Assembly (NCBI GenBank): GCA_025055215.1 | Contig: JANWYO010000143.1 | Coordinates: 827 to 64,826 of the forward strand | Direction: 5' to 3' | Length of the DNA: 64,000 bases | From: Gemmataceae bacterium | GTDB taxonomy: Bacteria > Planctomycetota > Planctomycetia > Gemmatales > Gemmataceae | Shown: positions 20,004-34,063 of the stretch, piece after piece | Position numbering within the stretch: the stretch's first letter is position 1 | How the letters are laid out: each line of letters begins with the position of its first letter | Position numbers and translations under genes: made by a program | Notes under the pieces: model-generated | Databases searched by the model: none | Seen by the model: only the letters and a program-made list of their open reading frames with translations | What the model was told of the DNA's origin: nothing

Positions 20004-22178
20004 ATGACGGTCGCAGAGGCGCTGGAACGGGCGCGGGGCCACATCCGGCAGGGGCAATGGGCCGAAGCCGAGAGCTGGGTTCGGGAGGTGATCCGTGTGG
20101 CCCCGGGAGAGGCGGCGGCGTTCCAACTCCTGGCCACCATTGCCCACGGGGTGGGGCGTCCGGAAGCCGCGGAGTTGGCCTTGCGCGAGGCCATCGCCAG
20201 GGCTCCGAGTCAGGCCGAGAACTACGCCTTCTTGGCGAGCCTGCTGGCGGCGCAGGGGCGGCTGGCGGAGGCCGAGGCGGCAGCGCGACGCGCGGTGATG
20301 TTGCAGCCGGGCTGGGCGGTGGCGTATGCCCAGCTGGGCGACATACTTCTCGCGCAGCGGCGCCTGGCCGAGGCGGAAGCCGCCTATCGCCATGCCTTGG
20401 CGTGGGCCCCGGCGATGGCGGAAGCGTGGTGCCAGCTGGGAGCGGTGCTGCGGGCCCAGGGCCGCCTCGGCGAAGCGGAGATGGCCCTCCGCCAGGCCCT
20501 CGCCTTGAACCCCCAATCCGCCAGCGCGGAAAAGCTCCTTGGCCACGTCCTCAAAAGCCAGGGCCGCCTCCTCGAGGCCGAAGCCGCCTATCTCCGCTCC
20601 ATCACCTGGAACCCGACGGACGCCACGACCTTCGGCAACCTCGGCGATGTCTACCACTTGCAAAGCCGCTTCCAGGACGCCGAACGCGCCTATCGCCAAG
20701 CCTTGGCCTTGTCGCCGACCTACGGCGGCGCCGTCAACAATCTGGCCTATGTCCTCGAGGCCCAAGGCCGCCTCGACGAGGCGGAAGCGGCAGCGTGGCG
20801 GGCGTTGGAACTGTTGCCCAACTTGCCGGAGGCGCACCTCAACCTGGGCAATCTGATGCAGACCCGTGGCCGACTGGAGGAAGCCATCCGACATTTCCGC
20901 CGAGCGCGGGAGCTGCGCCCCAGCTACGTCTCGGCCTCGAGCAACATCCTGCGCTGCGAGCAGTATCGACCCGGTATTACGCCGGCCCGCCTGGCCCAGT
21001 TGCACCGCGACTGGGAAGCCCGGCACGTCGCCGAGCTTCGTCAGCTGCCCCGTGACCTTCCTAACGGCCGCGATCCCGACCGCGTGCTACTCCTGGGCCT
21101 GATCTCCAATGATTTCTGTCGTCATCCCGTTGGCTACTTCGTGGCCCCACTTTTTGAACACCACGACCGCGAGCGACTTCAGATCGTCTGCTATGGGGAT
21201 CGGGTTCGGGCTGACGATTGGACAGATCGGCTGCGGGCCGCGGCGGACGAATGGCACGATATCCGACTTCTGGACGACGAGCAGCTAGCCGAGCGCATCC
21301 GCGCCGACCGCATCGACCTCCTCGTCGACCTGGCCGGCCACACTGCCTACCATCGCCTGCTGACGTTCGCTCGCAAGCCGGCGCCGCTCCAGTTCACATG
21401 GATTGGCTACACGGGGACGACCGGCCTGTCGGCCATCGATTATCTGATCGCCGATCGCTTCCATGTTCCGGAAGGGGACGAGGCGCACTACTGTGAGAAG
21501 GTACTGCGACTCCCGGATGGCTACGTGTGCTATCCGCCGCCGGAGGATGCGCCGACGGTGGGGCCGCTGCCCGCCCAAGAGGCGGGCTGCGTGACCTTCG
21601 GCAGCTTTAACTATCCCGCCAAGATCACGCCGCCGGTGATCGCGCTGTGGGCCGACATTCTGCGACGCCTGCCGGGATCACGGCTGCTGCTGAAATTCAA
21701 CGGTTTGGGCGACCCCGGCCTCCGCCGTCGATTGTTGGATCAATTCGCCGCCGCCGGCATCGATCCCGGGCGGCTGGAGCTGCAAGGTTGGTCGCCGCGA
21801 CGACAGCTCCTGGAAACCTACCACAAGGTAGACATCGCCCTCGATCCGTTCCCTTACTCCGGAGGGCTGACGACCTGCGAAGCGTTATGGATGGGAGTGC
21901 CGGTGATCACCTGCCCGGGGGAGACGTTTGCCGGCCGGCACTCGTTCAGTCACCTGTCGAATGCGGGGCTGACCGAGACGATTGCTCGGGATCGGGATGA
22001 GTACGTCCGTCTGGCGGTGGAGCTGGCGCGGGACTGGCCGCGGCTGGCGGCGCTGCGGGCGGGCCTGCGGGAACGGATGCGGAGGTCGCCGTTGTGTGAC
22101 GGGCCGCGGTTTGCCCGCCATGTGGAGGCGGCGTTGCGAAGCGTCTGGCGCCGCTGGTGCCAGGACCACCCGGCATGA
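20004..22178 (+). CDS. TPR-repeat protein fused to a GT41 (SPINDLY / O-GlcNAc-transferase-like) glycosyltransferase domain
   Basis: About 10 TPR units (AEAAYR.AL...P). C-terminal domain with LVDLAGHT, TWIGYTGTTGL.AIDYLIAD, LDPFPYSGGLTTCEALWMGVPV. Start trimmed to ATG 20004. Confidence 0.8.
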   Translation: MTVAEALERARGHIRQGQWAEAESWVREVIRVAPGEAAAFQLLATIAHGVGRPEAAELALREAIARAPSQAENYAFLASLLAAQGRLAEAEAAARRAVMLQPGWAVAYAQLGDILLAQRRLAEAEAAYRHALAWAPAMAEAWCQLGAVLRAQGRLGEAEMALRQALALNPQSASAEKLLGHVLKSQGRLLEAEAAYLRSITWNPTDATTFGNLGDVYHLQSRFQDAERAYRQALALSPTYGGAVNNLAYVLEAQGRLDEAEAAAWRALELLPNLPEAHLNLGNLMQTRGRLEEAIRHFRRARELRPSYVSASSNILRCEQYRPGITPARLAQLHRDWEARHVAELRQLPRDLPNGRDPDRVLLLGLISNDFCRHPVGYFVAPLFEHHDRERLQIVCYGDRVRADDWTDRLRAAADEWHDIRLLDDEQLAERIRADRIDLLVDLAGHTAYHRLLTFARKPAPLQFTWIGYTGTTGLSAIDYLIADRFHVPEGDEAHYCEKVLRLPDGYVCYPPPEDAPTVGPLPAQEAGCVTFGSFNYPAKITPPVIALWADILRRLPGSRLLLKFNGLGDPGLRRRLLDQFAAAGIDPGRLELQGWSPRRQLLETYHKVDIALDPFPYSGGLTTCEALWMGVPVITCPGETFAGRHSFSHLSNAGLTETIARDRDEYVRLAVELARDWPRLAALRAGLRERMRRSPLCDGPRFARHVEAALRSVWRRWCQDHPA

Positions 22179-25100
22179 CGAGGACCAGCAGCAGCGAGGC
22201 AGTGGCAGCCGCACGGGCACACGCGGCAGCGGGGCGTTGGTCCGAGGCCGATGCCTGGGCGCGGGCGGCCCTGGAGGCCGACCCGCGCCATGCCGAAGCT
22301 CACTACCTGCGCGCCTTGGCGGCCCAGGCGGCGGGCGAGCCGGCTACCGCCCTCGCCTTGGCCCGCCAGGCGTTGGCCTGTGACCCAGCCGCGGTCGATG
22401 CCCTGGAATTAACCAGCATGCTGCTGATGCAGCTGGGCCGACCCGCCGAGGCTGAGGCGGATGCCCGCCGGCTCCTGGAAATTCGGCCCCATGCGATCGC
22501 CGGCTGGAACAATCTGGGAAATGCCCTGCGGAGCCAGGGGCGCTATGCCGAGGCGGAATCGGCCTACCGCCAGGCCCTGGCACTCGACCCGACGAATGCC
22601 TCGATTTACAGCAACCTCGGGGCCACGCTGCAATTGATCGGTCGCTGGGCTGACGCCGAGGCCGCCTATCGGCAGGCCCTGAGCTTGCAGCCGACCTCGG
22701 CCGCCGCCTTCAACAACTTGGGCACCATTCTGCGACTGCAAGGCCGCTGGGAAGAGGCGGAAGCGGCTTACCGGCAAGCCTTGCAGCTGCAACCCCATCT
22801 GGCCGAGGCCGCCAACAACCTCGGTAACGTCCTCCACTTGCTCGACCGATCCGTGGAGGCTGAGGCGGCCTATCGACACGCCTTGCAGCTGCGGCCGAAC
22901 TATGTCCGGGCGGCCAGCAACCTCGCCTTGGCGTTGCAATCGCAGGGTCGGCTCTCCGAGGCGGAAGGTGCCGTCCGACACGCCCTGGCCATTGATCCTG
23001 CCGACGCCCAAGCCCACGCCAATCTCGGCCTGATTTTGCAGCTCCAAGGCCGCATCGCGGAAGCCCTGCGACACTTCGAGCAAGCTGCGGCCCTGCGACC
23101 GGCGGCTCCCGAGTTCCTCAGCAGCCTCCTGGCCTGTCTGCACTACGCGCCGGGAATTGCGCCCGAAGACTTGGCCCGCCGCCACCGCGAGTGGGATGAA
23201 CGACACGCCGCCCCGCTTCGAGAGCGGTGGCGGCCATTCGCCCACCTCCGCGACCCTGATGGGCCATTGCACCTTGGCCTGGTTTCCGCCGACCTGGGCC
23301 GGCATCCCGTCGGTTGGTTCTTGGCCGGCATCCTCCCGTACCTGGACCGCTCTGAGGTTTTGGTGTTTGTTTACTCCGATCGGGGGCGGCACGACGACGT
23401 CACGGCCCAGTTGGCCCGAGCCGTCTACGCCTGGCGCGATGTCCGTGGCTGGAGCAACGAGCATCTCGCCGAACGTATCCGCGACGACGGCATCCAACTT
23501 CTCGTCGATCTTGCAGGACACACTTCCAGCCACCGCCTCCTCCTTTTTGCCCTCAAGCCGGCGCCGGTGCAGCTCACCTGGCTCGGCTATACCGGGACAA
23601 CCGGCCTGGGAGCCATCGATTACCTGATCGCCGACCACTTCCACGTCCCCGAAGGCAGCGAGGGGCACTACCGCGAGCGCGTCCTGCGCCTGCCGGATGG
23701 GTACGTCTGCTACCAGGCGCCGGCCGACGCCCCACCCGTCGGCCCGCTTCCGGCGCGGGCACGCGGCTTCGTGACCTTCGGCAGTTGCAACAATCCCGCC
23801 AAGATCGGGCCGGACGTGGTGCGGCGATGGGCCCGCATCCTGCGGCAAGTGCCCGGCTCCCGCCTGCGGCTCCAATACCGCGGCCTCGATGACCCAAGAG
23901 TGGCCGAGCGCTTCCGCCAGCTGTTCGCCGCCGAGGGGATCGATCCCTCCCGCCTGGAATTGTCAGGTTGGGCCCGGCATGAAGAATTGCTCGCGCAGTA
24001 CCATTCCATCGACATCGCCCTGGACCCGTTCCCCTATTCCGGCGGCTTGACGACCTGCGAGGCGCTGTGGATGGGGGTCCCGGTGGTGACGTGCCCGGGC
24101 GCGACCTTCGCCAGCCGCCACGCCTTCAGCCATCTGTCGAACGCGGGCGTGACCGAGACAATAGCCACCGATGAAGCCGACTACGAACGACGGGCCGTGG
24201 AACTGGCCCGTGACTGGGAGCGCTTGGAGCAGCTGCGGCGTGAGCTGCGGCCGCGGATGGCCCAGTCGCCGCTCTGCGACGGGCCCCGCTTTGCCCGCCA
24301 TCTGCACCGGGCCTTGAGGGAGGTTTGGCGGCAGTGGTGCGCCACCTCTCCGGTGCCTGACCCGCAGGTGCTGGCCGAGCCAGCCTCCACCAGCGCCGAG
24401 CATCTGTTCCATTGGGCGTGCGCCCTGCACGCCCAAGGCCGCACGCCGGACGCTGAAGCCGCGCTGCGCGAAGTCTTGCGGCAGCGGCCGACTCTAGCCG
24501 AGGCCGCCAACCAACTCGGCTACATCCTGCTGGAGCAGGGTCGCTGGGCCGAGGCCGAGGGCTGCTTCCGACAAGCGCTGGGGCGGCGGCCGACCCTGGC
24601 GGGGGCGGCGAACAACCTCGGCATGGCGTTGCACCGCCTGGGGCGCTTCGCCGAAAGTGAACAGGCCTGTCGCCAGGCGTTGAGCGTGCACCCCGGATTG
24701 GCCACCGCGTGGTACAACCTGGGCAACGCCCTGTTGTCGCAAGGCCGGCTCCGCGAAGCTGACGAGGCCTACAACCAATGCCTGGAGCGGGACCCGAAGT
24801 TTGCGGCCGCCTGGAACAACCGCGGCCTGGTTCAGGACCTCCTCGGCCGACCCGACGAAGCGGAGCGTGCCTTCCGACACGCCTTGACGTTGGCGCCGCA
24901 ACTGATCGAGGCGCGGACCAACCTCGGCAGTGTCCTCGATGCGCTGGGAAGGCTCTCGGAAGCGGCGGCGGCCTATCGCCAGGTTCTGGCGCTCCGACCC
25001 GATGCGGCCGAGGCCCTGAACAACCTCGGCGACCTGATGCAGCGCGGGGGCCAGATCGAGGAAGCGGGCCGTCTCTTTCGTCGGGCCTGCAACCTCCAAC

Positions 25101-26347
25101 CGTACCATCCGGTGTTTGGCAGCAATGCTCTCCTCAATTTGCAGTACATGCCCGGGGTCACGCCGCGACGTCTGGCCGAAGCACACATCGCCTGGAATGA
25201 GCGACAGGCGGCCCGCTTGCCACGCTACGACTGGACCGGCCGAAGTCGCGCCGACCGGCCGCGGCGCCTGGGCTTTGTCTCAGCCGACTTCCGCCGTCAC
25301 CCGGTTGGCGTCTTTCTCGCCCCGGTGCTGGAGTGCTGGCGGCGCTGGGGGTGCGAGCTGATAGCGTATTCCGACGTCTCACGCCCCGACCTGGTGACCC
25401 GCCGAATCGCTCGCGCCGTCCATGTGTGGCGGGACATCCGCGGTTTGGCAGATGACATGGTGGCCGAACGCATCGCCGCCGACCAGATCGACCTGTTGTT
25501 CGACCTCGCCGGCCACACCGGGGGCCATCGGCTCCTGGTCTTTGCCCGCCGACCCGCGCGCGTGCAGCTGACCTGGATCGGCTATACCGGCACGACGGGC
25601 TTGGCGACCATGGACTACCTGATCGCCGATCGCTACCACGTCCCCCCGGGCACGGAGCGCTGGTACCGGGAACACGTGCTCCGCCTGCCCGATGGCTACG
25701 TGGTCTACGAGCCGCCGGCTGATGCGCCGGACCCGGGGCCGCTTCCGGCCCTTCGGCGGGGGTTCGTGACCTTGGGGAGTTTCAACAACGCCGCCAAGTT
25801 CCATCCCGGCGTGGTGGCCTTGTGGGCTGACGTCCTCCGTCGGCTCCCCAAGTCGCGGCTCGTCTGGCAGCACAACGGTTTCGGCGACCCTGGCGTGCGA
25901 CAACGCTTCCGCCAACAGTTCGAAGCCGCCGGCATCGATCCGGCGCGAGTGGACATGCACGGCTGGGTGCCGTTCACCGAACTTTTGCCCCGCTATCAGG
26001 AGGTCGATCTGGCCCTTGACCCTTTCCCATACTCCGGCGGCTTGACGACCTGCGAGGCACTGTGGATGGGAGTGCCGGTCGTCACCTGTCCCGGCGAGAC
26101 CTTCGCCAGCCGGCATTCGCTCAGCCACTTGAGCAACGCCGGCCTGCCGGAGTTGGTGACGAGCGATCTGGCCGGCTATGCTCGGCTGGTGATGGACCTG
26201 GCGAGTGACTGGCCGCGGTTGGCGGAGTTGCGTCGTAGCTTGCGCGACCGGCTGCGCGCCTCACCGCTGTGCGCCGTGGAACGCTTCAGCCGTCAACTGC
26301 TCGACTTGCTCACGACCACCTGGCAACAAGCAAGCACTCCGCTATAG
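22175..26347 (+). CDS. Double-module protein: TPR-GT41-TPR-GT41
   Basis: Two complete copies of the architecture of the upstream gene in one 1390-aa frame. Its ATG 22175 overlaps the upstream TGA (ATGA). Confidence 0.8.
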   Translation: MTRTSSSEAVAAARAHAAAGRWSEADAWARAALEADPRHAEAHYLRALAAQAAGEPATALALARQALACDPAAVDALELTSMLLMQLGRPAEAEADARRLLEIRPHAIAGWNNLGNALRSQGRYAEAESAYRQALALDPTNASIYSNLGATLQLIGRWADAEAAYRQALSLQPTSAAAFNNLGTILRLQGRWEEAEAAYRQALQLQPHLAEAANNLGNVLHLLDRSVEAEAAYRHALQLRPNYVRAASNLALALQSQGRLSEAEGAVRHALAIDPADAQAHANLGLILQLQGRIAEALRHFEQAAALRPAAPEFLSSLLACLHYAPGIAPEDLARRHREWDERHAAPLRERWRPFAHLRDPDGPLHLGLVSADLGRHPVGWFLAGILPYLDRSEVLVFVYSDRGRHDDVTAQLARAVYAWRDVRGWSNEHLAERIRDDGIQLLVDLAGHTSSHRLLLFALKPAPVQLTWLGYTGTTGLGAIDYLIADHFHVPEGSEGHYRERVLRLPDGYVCYQAPADAPPVGPLPARARGFVTFGSCNNPAKIGPDVVRRWARILRQVPGSRLRLQYRGLDDPRVAERFRQLFAAEGIDPSRLELSGWARHEELLAQYHSIDIALDPFPYSGGLTTCEALWMGVPVVTCPGATFASRHAFSHLSNAGVTETIATDEADYERRAVELARDWERLEQLRRELRPRMAQSPLCDGPRFARHLHRALREVWRQWCATSPVPDPQVLAEPASTSAEHLFHWACALHAQGRTPDAEAALREVLRQRPTLAEAANQLGYILLEQGRWAEAEGCFRQALGRRPTLAGAANNLGMALHRLGRFAESEQACRQALSVHPGLATAWYNLGNALLSQGRLREADEAYNQCLERDPKFAAAWNNRGLVQDLLGRPDEAERAFRHALTLAPQLIEARTNLGSVLDALGRLSEAAAAYRQVLALRPDAAEALNNLGDLMQRGGQIEEAGRLFRRACNLQPYHPVFGSNALLNLQYMPGVTPRRLAEAHIAWNERQAARLPRYDWTGRSRADRPRRLGFVSADFRRHPVGVFLAPVLECWRRWGCELIAYSDVSRPDLVTRRIARAVHVWRDIRGLADDMVAERIAADQIDLLFDLAGHTGGHRLLVFARRPARVQLTWIGYTGTTGLATMDYLIADRYHVPPGTERWYREHVLRLPDGYVVYEPPADAPDPGPLPALRRGFVTLGSFNNAAKFHPGVVALWADVLRRLPKSRLVWQHNGFGDPGVRQRFRQQFEAAGIDPARVDMHGWVPFTELLPRYQEVDLALDPFPYSGGLTTCEALWMGVPVVTCPGETFASRHSLSHLSNAGLPELVTSDLAGYARLVMDLASDWPRLAELRRSLRDRLRASPLCAVERFSRQLLDLLTTTWQQASTPL

Positions 26348-26524
26348 CCGATGGCCGCCCTGGTTCAGGCGGAGGAACGGTCTCCTACCGGGCGCGGCGA
26401 GCGGGGATGGGTCACTGTCCCGTGCTGGCCAACAGGTGTGGCAGCACCCGCTCTGTCGGCACCCCGCTTCGTGTGGGCGGCCGACCCTGCCACCTGCTGG
26501 GCAATGGCCGCTCCAACACGGGCG

Positions 26525-29869
<3,345 letters not shown>

Positions 29870-30165
29870 GGCACGCCACTGCCTTGGAGGGCCGCAAACC
29901 TCATTTGGCTACATCCTATTGGCCCAGCAAGCCTCTCCAAAGGTTGGACAAGGCCAGCAGTCACCAGCTGCGGGGAGAAAGTCGGCGAATCGTCGCGATT
30001 CTGCCGACGCCCCGGAGACGATTTTGTGAAAAGTCGGGTGTAGCTTCTTGACTTTTCGGCTGAAGCCGGACAGGTTGAAAGACTCCAACGGCCCCCCGCT
30101 CCGAGCCTTTTCGCGGGGCCTTCGCATCACGTGGCAGCCGAAGACGTAAGAGGAGACCGGGTACC

Positions 30166-30597
30166 ATGAGCAGTTATGGCAACAGCAGTTATGCCGCGCA
30201 GCGGGTCCAGGGACCAGCGACCGCTCTGCTGGTCACGGCCATCGTGGGTGTTGTGATGCAGGTGTTAGCGCTGGGATATAACTTAGTCATCGCGGGGGCC
30301 GGCGCGGCGGCCGCAGCCCAGGCCGCCGACCCGCAACAAGCTTTGGAACTCCAGTGGATGTCGTACCTGACGGGAACGACAGCCGTTGTGAGTGCTGTCA
30401 TCGGGGTCGCCATCGGTGCCCTCGTGATCTGGGGTGCGCTGAAGATGAAAAGCCTCCAATCGTATGGATTGGCGGTCGCCAGCAGCGTTCTCGCCATGAT
30501 CCCGTGCATTTCCCCGTGCTGTTTGCTGGGCTTGCCCTTCGGCATCTGGTCGCTAGTGGTGCTGAACGACCCCCAAGTGAAGTCCGCTTTTCATTGA
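30166..30597 (+). CDS. Small membrane protein (143 aa), hypothetical
   Basis: AAGAGGAG SD before the ATG. Three or four hydrophobic helices. C-terminal MIPCISPCCLLGLPFGIWSLVVLNDPQVKSAF motif. Confidence 0.6.
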   Translation: MSSYGNSSYAAQRVQGPATALLVTAIVGVVMQVLALGYNLVIAGAGAAAAAQAADPQQALELQWMSYLTGTTAVVSAVIGVAIGALVIWGALKMKSLQSYGLAVASSVLAMIPCISPCCLLGLPFGIWSLVVLNDPQVKSAFH

Positions 30598-30654
30598 TCT
30601 TGGCGGTGGCGACCTGGGGGCGAGGCGCCGGCCTGGGTGGATGTCCGCCGGGCT

Positions 30655-31356
30655 TCAGAGGGGTAAGGTGATAGTGAACTTGGTGCCACGGCCGACAGCG
30701 CTCTGCACATCGATGGTGCCGCCGTGCGCCTCGACGATCTTGCGGACAGTCGGCAACCCCAGGCCGTTGCCGCCGGGCCGAGTGGAGAAAAACGGTCGAA
30801 AGACTTTCGCCAGCACTTCAGGCCCCATCCCCTTGCCGGTGTCAATCAGGCTGAGGCAGACGCAGTTGCCGTTGCGGGCGGCTTGAAACGTCATTTCTCC
30901 GCCACCGGGCATGGCCTGTTCCGCGTTCAGCATCAGGTTGAGGATGGCTTGCTTGAACAGGTCACGGTCGAGGCGCACAGGCGGCAGGTCGGCGGGGATA
31001 TAGGCCTTGATCTCGATGTTGGCTTGGCGGGCGGTCGGTCCGAAGAAATCGATCATCTCTTCGATTACGCTCCCCAAGTCGGTCGGCTGAAGGTTCAAGT
31101 CCGTGACCCGGGCGAAGCGGAGGAAATCGTTGGAGACATCCACGAGCCGTTGGCATTCGCCTTGAAGGCGCTGGATGCGTTCCAAGGCCCGGCGTTCGCG
31201 CTGGTTTTGCGGCTCCTGGAAGTCCTCAGCCAGGAGCTGGAGGTTGAGGCCAAGCGTGCTCAGGTGGTTCTTGATTTCGTGGATGAAGCCACCGGCCAGC
31301 TCGGCCAGTTCGGCATACTGCGTCTGGGACGGCCGGGGTTCCGAGGTGGCGGACAT
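30655..31356 (-). CDS. Soluble histidine kinase (HisKA + HATPase_c only, no sensor or TM domain)
   Basis: H-box FIHEIKNHLSTL, N-box LNLMLNAEQA, G-boxes DTGKGM and GGNGLGL. No response regulator nearby. Alternative start at 31401. Confidence 0.8.
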   Translation of the reverse strand: MSATSEPRPSQTQYAELAELAGGFIHEIKNHLSTLGLNLQLLAEDFQEPQNQRERRALERIQRLQGECQRLVDVSNDFLRFARVTDLNLQPTDLGSVIEEMIDFFGPTARQANIEIKAYIPADLPPVRLDRDLFKQAILNLMLNAEQAMPGGGEMTFQAARNGNCVCLSLIDTGKGMGPEVLAKVFRPFFSTRPGGNGLGLPTVRKIVEAHGGTIDVQSAVGRGTKFTITLPL

Positions 31357-31425
31357 GGTCCGGTTCCTAGACGCCCGGGGCCCCGGTTGAGGACCAGCCA
31401 CGGGCGGCGATGGCGGCGAAGGTCG

Positions 31426-33606
31426 TCAGCGGCGGTCGTCGCCGCCGTTGCGGCGCCGACGGTCGCCGCCGCTATCGCGGCGGGCGGGCGGCGCCTCGGC
31501 CGCACTGGCCCGGGCGGCGGCTTGCTCCCGCAGGAGCGCTTTCCGCGACAGCTTGACCCGATCCTGATCGTCGATGGCGATGACCTTGACCTGAAGCTTG
31601 TCGCCAATTTTGCAGACGTTTTCGACCTTGTCCACGTATTTGTCGTCGAGTTCGCTGATGTGGCACAGGCCGTCGCGGCCGGGGAGGATTTCGATGAAAG
31701 CACCGAAGTCCTTGATCGACGTGACCTTCCCCTCGTAGACTTTGCCGACCCGGACCTCCTCGGTGATCGCTTCGACCCGGGCGCGGGCGGCCTCGGCGCC
31801 GGCGGCGTCGGTGTGGGCGATGCAGACGGTGCCATCGTCCTCAACGTCGATCTTGGCGCCGGTTGCCTCCTGAATCCCCTTGATCGTTTTGCCCCCCGGC
31901 CCGATCAACAGCCCGATCTTCTCGGGGTTGATGCGGATTTGGATGATGCGCGGGGCGAGGCGGCTGGGCTCGCTGCGGGGTTGCCGGAGCGTCAGGAGCA
32001 TGTGCCGGAGGATTTCCCGTCGGGCCTCCCGCGCCTGCTCCAGGGTCGCCCGGATGATCTCTTCACCGATGCCATCGATCTTCAGGTCGAGTTGGATGCC
32101 GGTGACACCGCGGCCCGTCCCCGCCACCTTGAAGTCCATGTCCCCGAAGTGGTCCTCGTCGCCGACGATGTCGGTCAGCAGGATGTACCGATCTTCTTCC
32201 TTGACCAGGCCGATGGAAATGCCGGCCACCGGGTCGCTGATAGGGACGCCGGCATCCATGAGGGACAGGGTGCCGCCGCAGACGCTGGCCATGCTGCTGG
32301 AGCCGTTGGACTCGAGGATGTCGGAAACCACCCGAATGGTGTAGGGGAACTTGGCGGGGTTGGGGATGACCGCCTTCAGGCTGCGTTCCGCCAAGGCACC
32401 GTGGCCGATCTCCCGGCGGCCGGGGCCGCGGATCGGCCGACACTCCCCGACGCTGAACGGCGGGAAGTTGTAGTCGAGCATGAATTTCTTGCTGTACTCA
32501 TCGACCAGGCCGTCAACCCGCTGCTCGTCGCTGACCGTGCCGAGGGTGGTGCTGACCAATGCCTGGGTTTCGCCCCGCTGGAAGATGGCCGAGCCGTGCG
32601 TCCGCGGCAGGACGCCCACCTCGCAGAAGATGGGCCGCAGCTGCTTGGGGTTTCGGCCATCAACTCGTTTGCCTTCCAGGATGAGGTCGCGGACGACGCG
32701 ATGTTCGAGGGCGTCGAAAGCTTCGGCGACCTGCTCGGGGGTGAAGGGGGACTCCTGTCCCTCGGGCAAAGTTTCCGCGAAGACGCGCTCACGCAGCTCC
32801 CGGACCTTCTCGGCCCGTTCGTGCTTGCCGAGGGTCTGTTTGCGTTCGCGGAGCTCCGCCATGTACTTGGTGCGGAAGACGTCGATCAAGGGGTTGGGGG
32901 GCGGTGGCGGAGGAAACTCCTTCGGCCCGAACCCGGCCTTGTCCCGCAGCTCTTCGATCAGGTCGATGATCCGCTGAATCTGTTGATGACCGAACATGAT
33001 CGCCTGGACCATGTTCTCCTCGGACATTTCCCGGGCAAACCCCTCGATCATGATGATCGCCTCACGGGTGCCGGAGACGACCAGGTCCAACTCGCTTTCT
33101 TCCAGCTGCGAGTGGGTCGGCATGACGATCAGTTCGTTGTTGATCCGGCCGATGCGCACCGACCCGGTCGGTTTCAGGAAGGGAATATGGGAAATGTGGA
33201 GTGCGGCACTGCTGCCGATCATGGAGAGGATGTCGGGGTCGTTTTCCTTGTCAAAGGACAAGACCGATGCCATGATCTGCACTTCGTTGGTGTAGCTGGG
33301 GGGAAACAGGGGCCGGAGGGGGCGGTCGATCAGGCGGCTGGTGAGGATTTCCTTGGTGGTGGGCCGGCCTTCGCGTTTGATGAAGCCGCCGGGGAACTTC
33401 CCGGCGGCATAGGTTTTCTCGCGGTAATCGACGACAAGCGGGAAGAAATCGCGCTGCTCGTCGGCTTCTCCCTCAACGGCAGTCACGAGAGCGACCGTAT
33501 CGCCATATTGCACGACGACCGCCCCGTGGGCCTGTTTGGCAAGTTTTCCGGTTTCGATGCTGAGTTGCTGGTTCCCGAGAGTGCAAGACACACGACAAAC
33601 CTGCAC
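31426..33606 (-). CDS. pnp: Polyribonucleotide nucleotidyltransferase (PNPase)
   Basis: Two RNase PH domains, then KH and S1 domains, then an Arg/Gly/Asp-rich tail (RRDSGGDRRRRNGGDDRR). Confidence 0.95.
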   Translation of the reverse strand: MQVCRVSCTLGNQQLSIETGKLAKQAHGAVVVQYGDTVALVTAVEGEADEQRDFFPLVVDYREKTYAAGKFPGGFIKREGRPTTKEILTSRLIDRPLRPLFPPSYTNEVQIMASVLSFDKENDPDILSMIGSSAALHISHIPFLKPTGSVRIGRINNELIVMPTHSQLEESELDLVVSGTREAIIMIEGFAREMSEENMVQAIMFGHQQIQRIIDLIEELRDKAGFGPKEFPPPPPPNPLIDVFRTKYMAELRERKQTLGKHERAEKVRELRERVFAETLPEGQESPFTPEQVAEAFDALEHRVVRDLILEGKRVDGRNPKQLRPIFCEVGVLPRTHGSAIFQRGETQALVSTTLGTVSDEQRVDGLVDEYSKKFMLDYNFPPFSVGECRPIRGPGRREIGHGALAERSLKAVIPNPAKFPYTIRVVSDILESNGSSSMASVCGGTLSLMDAGVPISDPVAGISIGLVKEEDRYILLTDIVGDEDHFGDMDFKVAGTGRGVTGIQLDLKIDGIGEEIIRATLEQAREARREILRHMLLTLRQPRSEPSRLAPRIIQIRINPEKIGLLIGPGGKTIKGIQEATGAKIDVEDDGTVCIAHTDAAGAEAARARVEAITEEVRVGKVYEGKVTSIKDFGAFIEILPGRDGLCHISELDDKYVDKVENVCKIGDKLQVKVIAIDDQDRVKLSRKALLREQAAARASAAEAPPARRDSGGDRRRRNGGDDRR

Positions 33607-33714
33607 GGCACATTCCCCTAAGACGCCGGCAGGGACAACACACGCGCGGAAACGGGAATCCGGTCGAAGCGGCGAGTCGACCCGCCCCTGGACCGGCCAG
33701 GCGGGACGGTTCTG

Positions 33715-33984
33715 TTACTTGCGGAGCCCCAACCGATTGATGATCGCGAGGTAGCGGTTGCGGTCGCGGTTTCGAAGGTAGGTCAACAGGCCGGACCGCT
33801 TGCTGACCATCTTCAACAGGCCGCGCCGGCTGGCGTGGTCCTTTTTGTGCGTGCGCATGTGCTCGTGCAGTTCCTTGATGCGTTCGGTGAGCAGAGCAAT
33901 TTGCACTTCGGGAGAACCGGTGTCGGACGGCGCTCGCCGGAACTGGTCAATAATGCTCGACTTGCGGTCCTTCGTGATGGCCAT
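33715..33984 (-). CDS. rpsO: 30S ribosomal protein S15
   Basis: [57 protein letters not shown], 89 aa. Start trimmed to ATG 33984 (GAGG-N6). Confidence 0.95.
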   Translation of the reverse strand: MAITKDRKSSIIDQFRRAPSDTGSPEVQIALLTERIKELHEHMRTHKKDHASRRGLLKMVSKRSGLLTYLRNRDRNRYLAIINRLGLRK

Positions 33985-34063
33985 GTCCATCCTCGTCGTT
34001 TCCGCCGCGCTTACATCTCCTGCCTTGGCTATCAACCCTAAGTCCTGTTAAATCATTGTAGTG

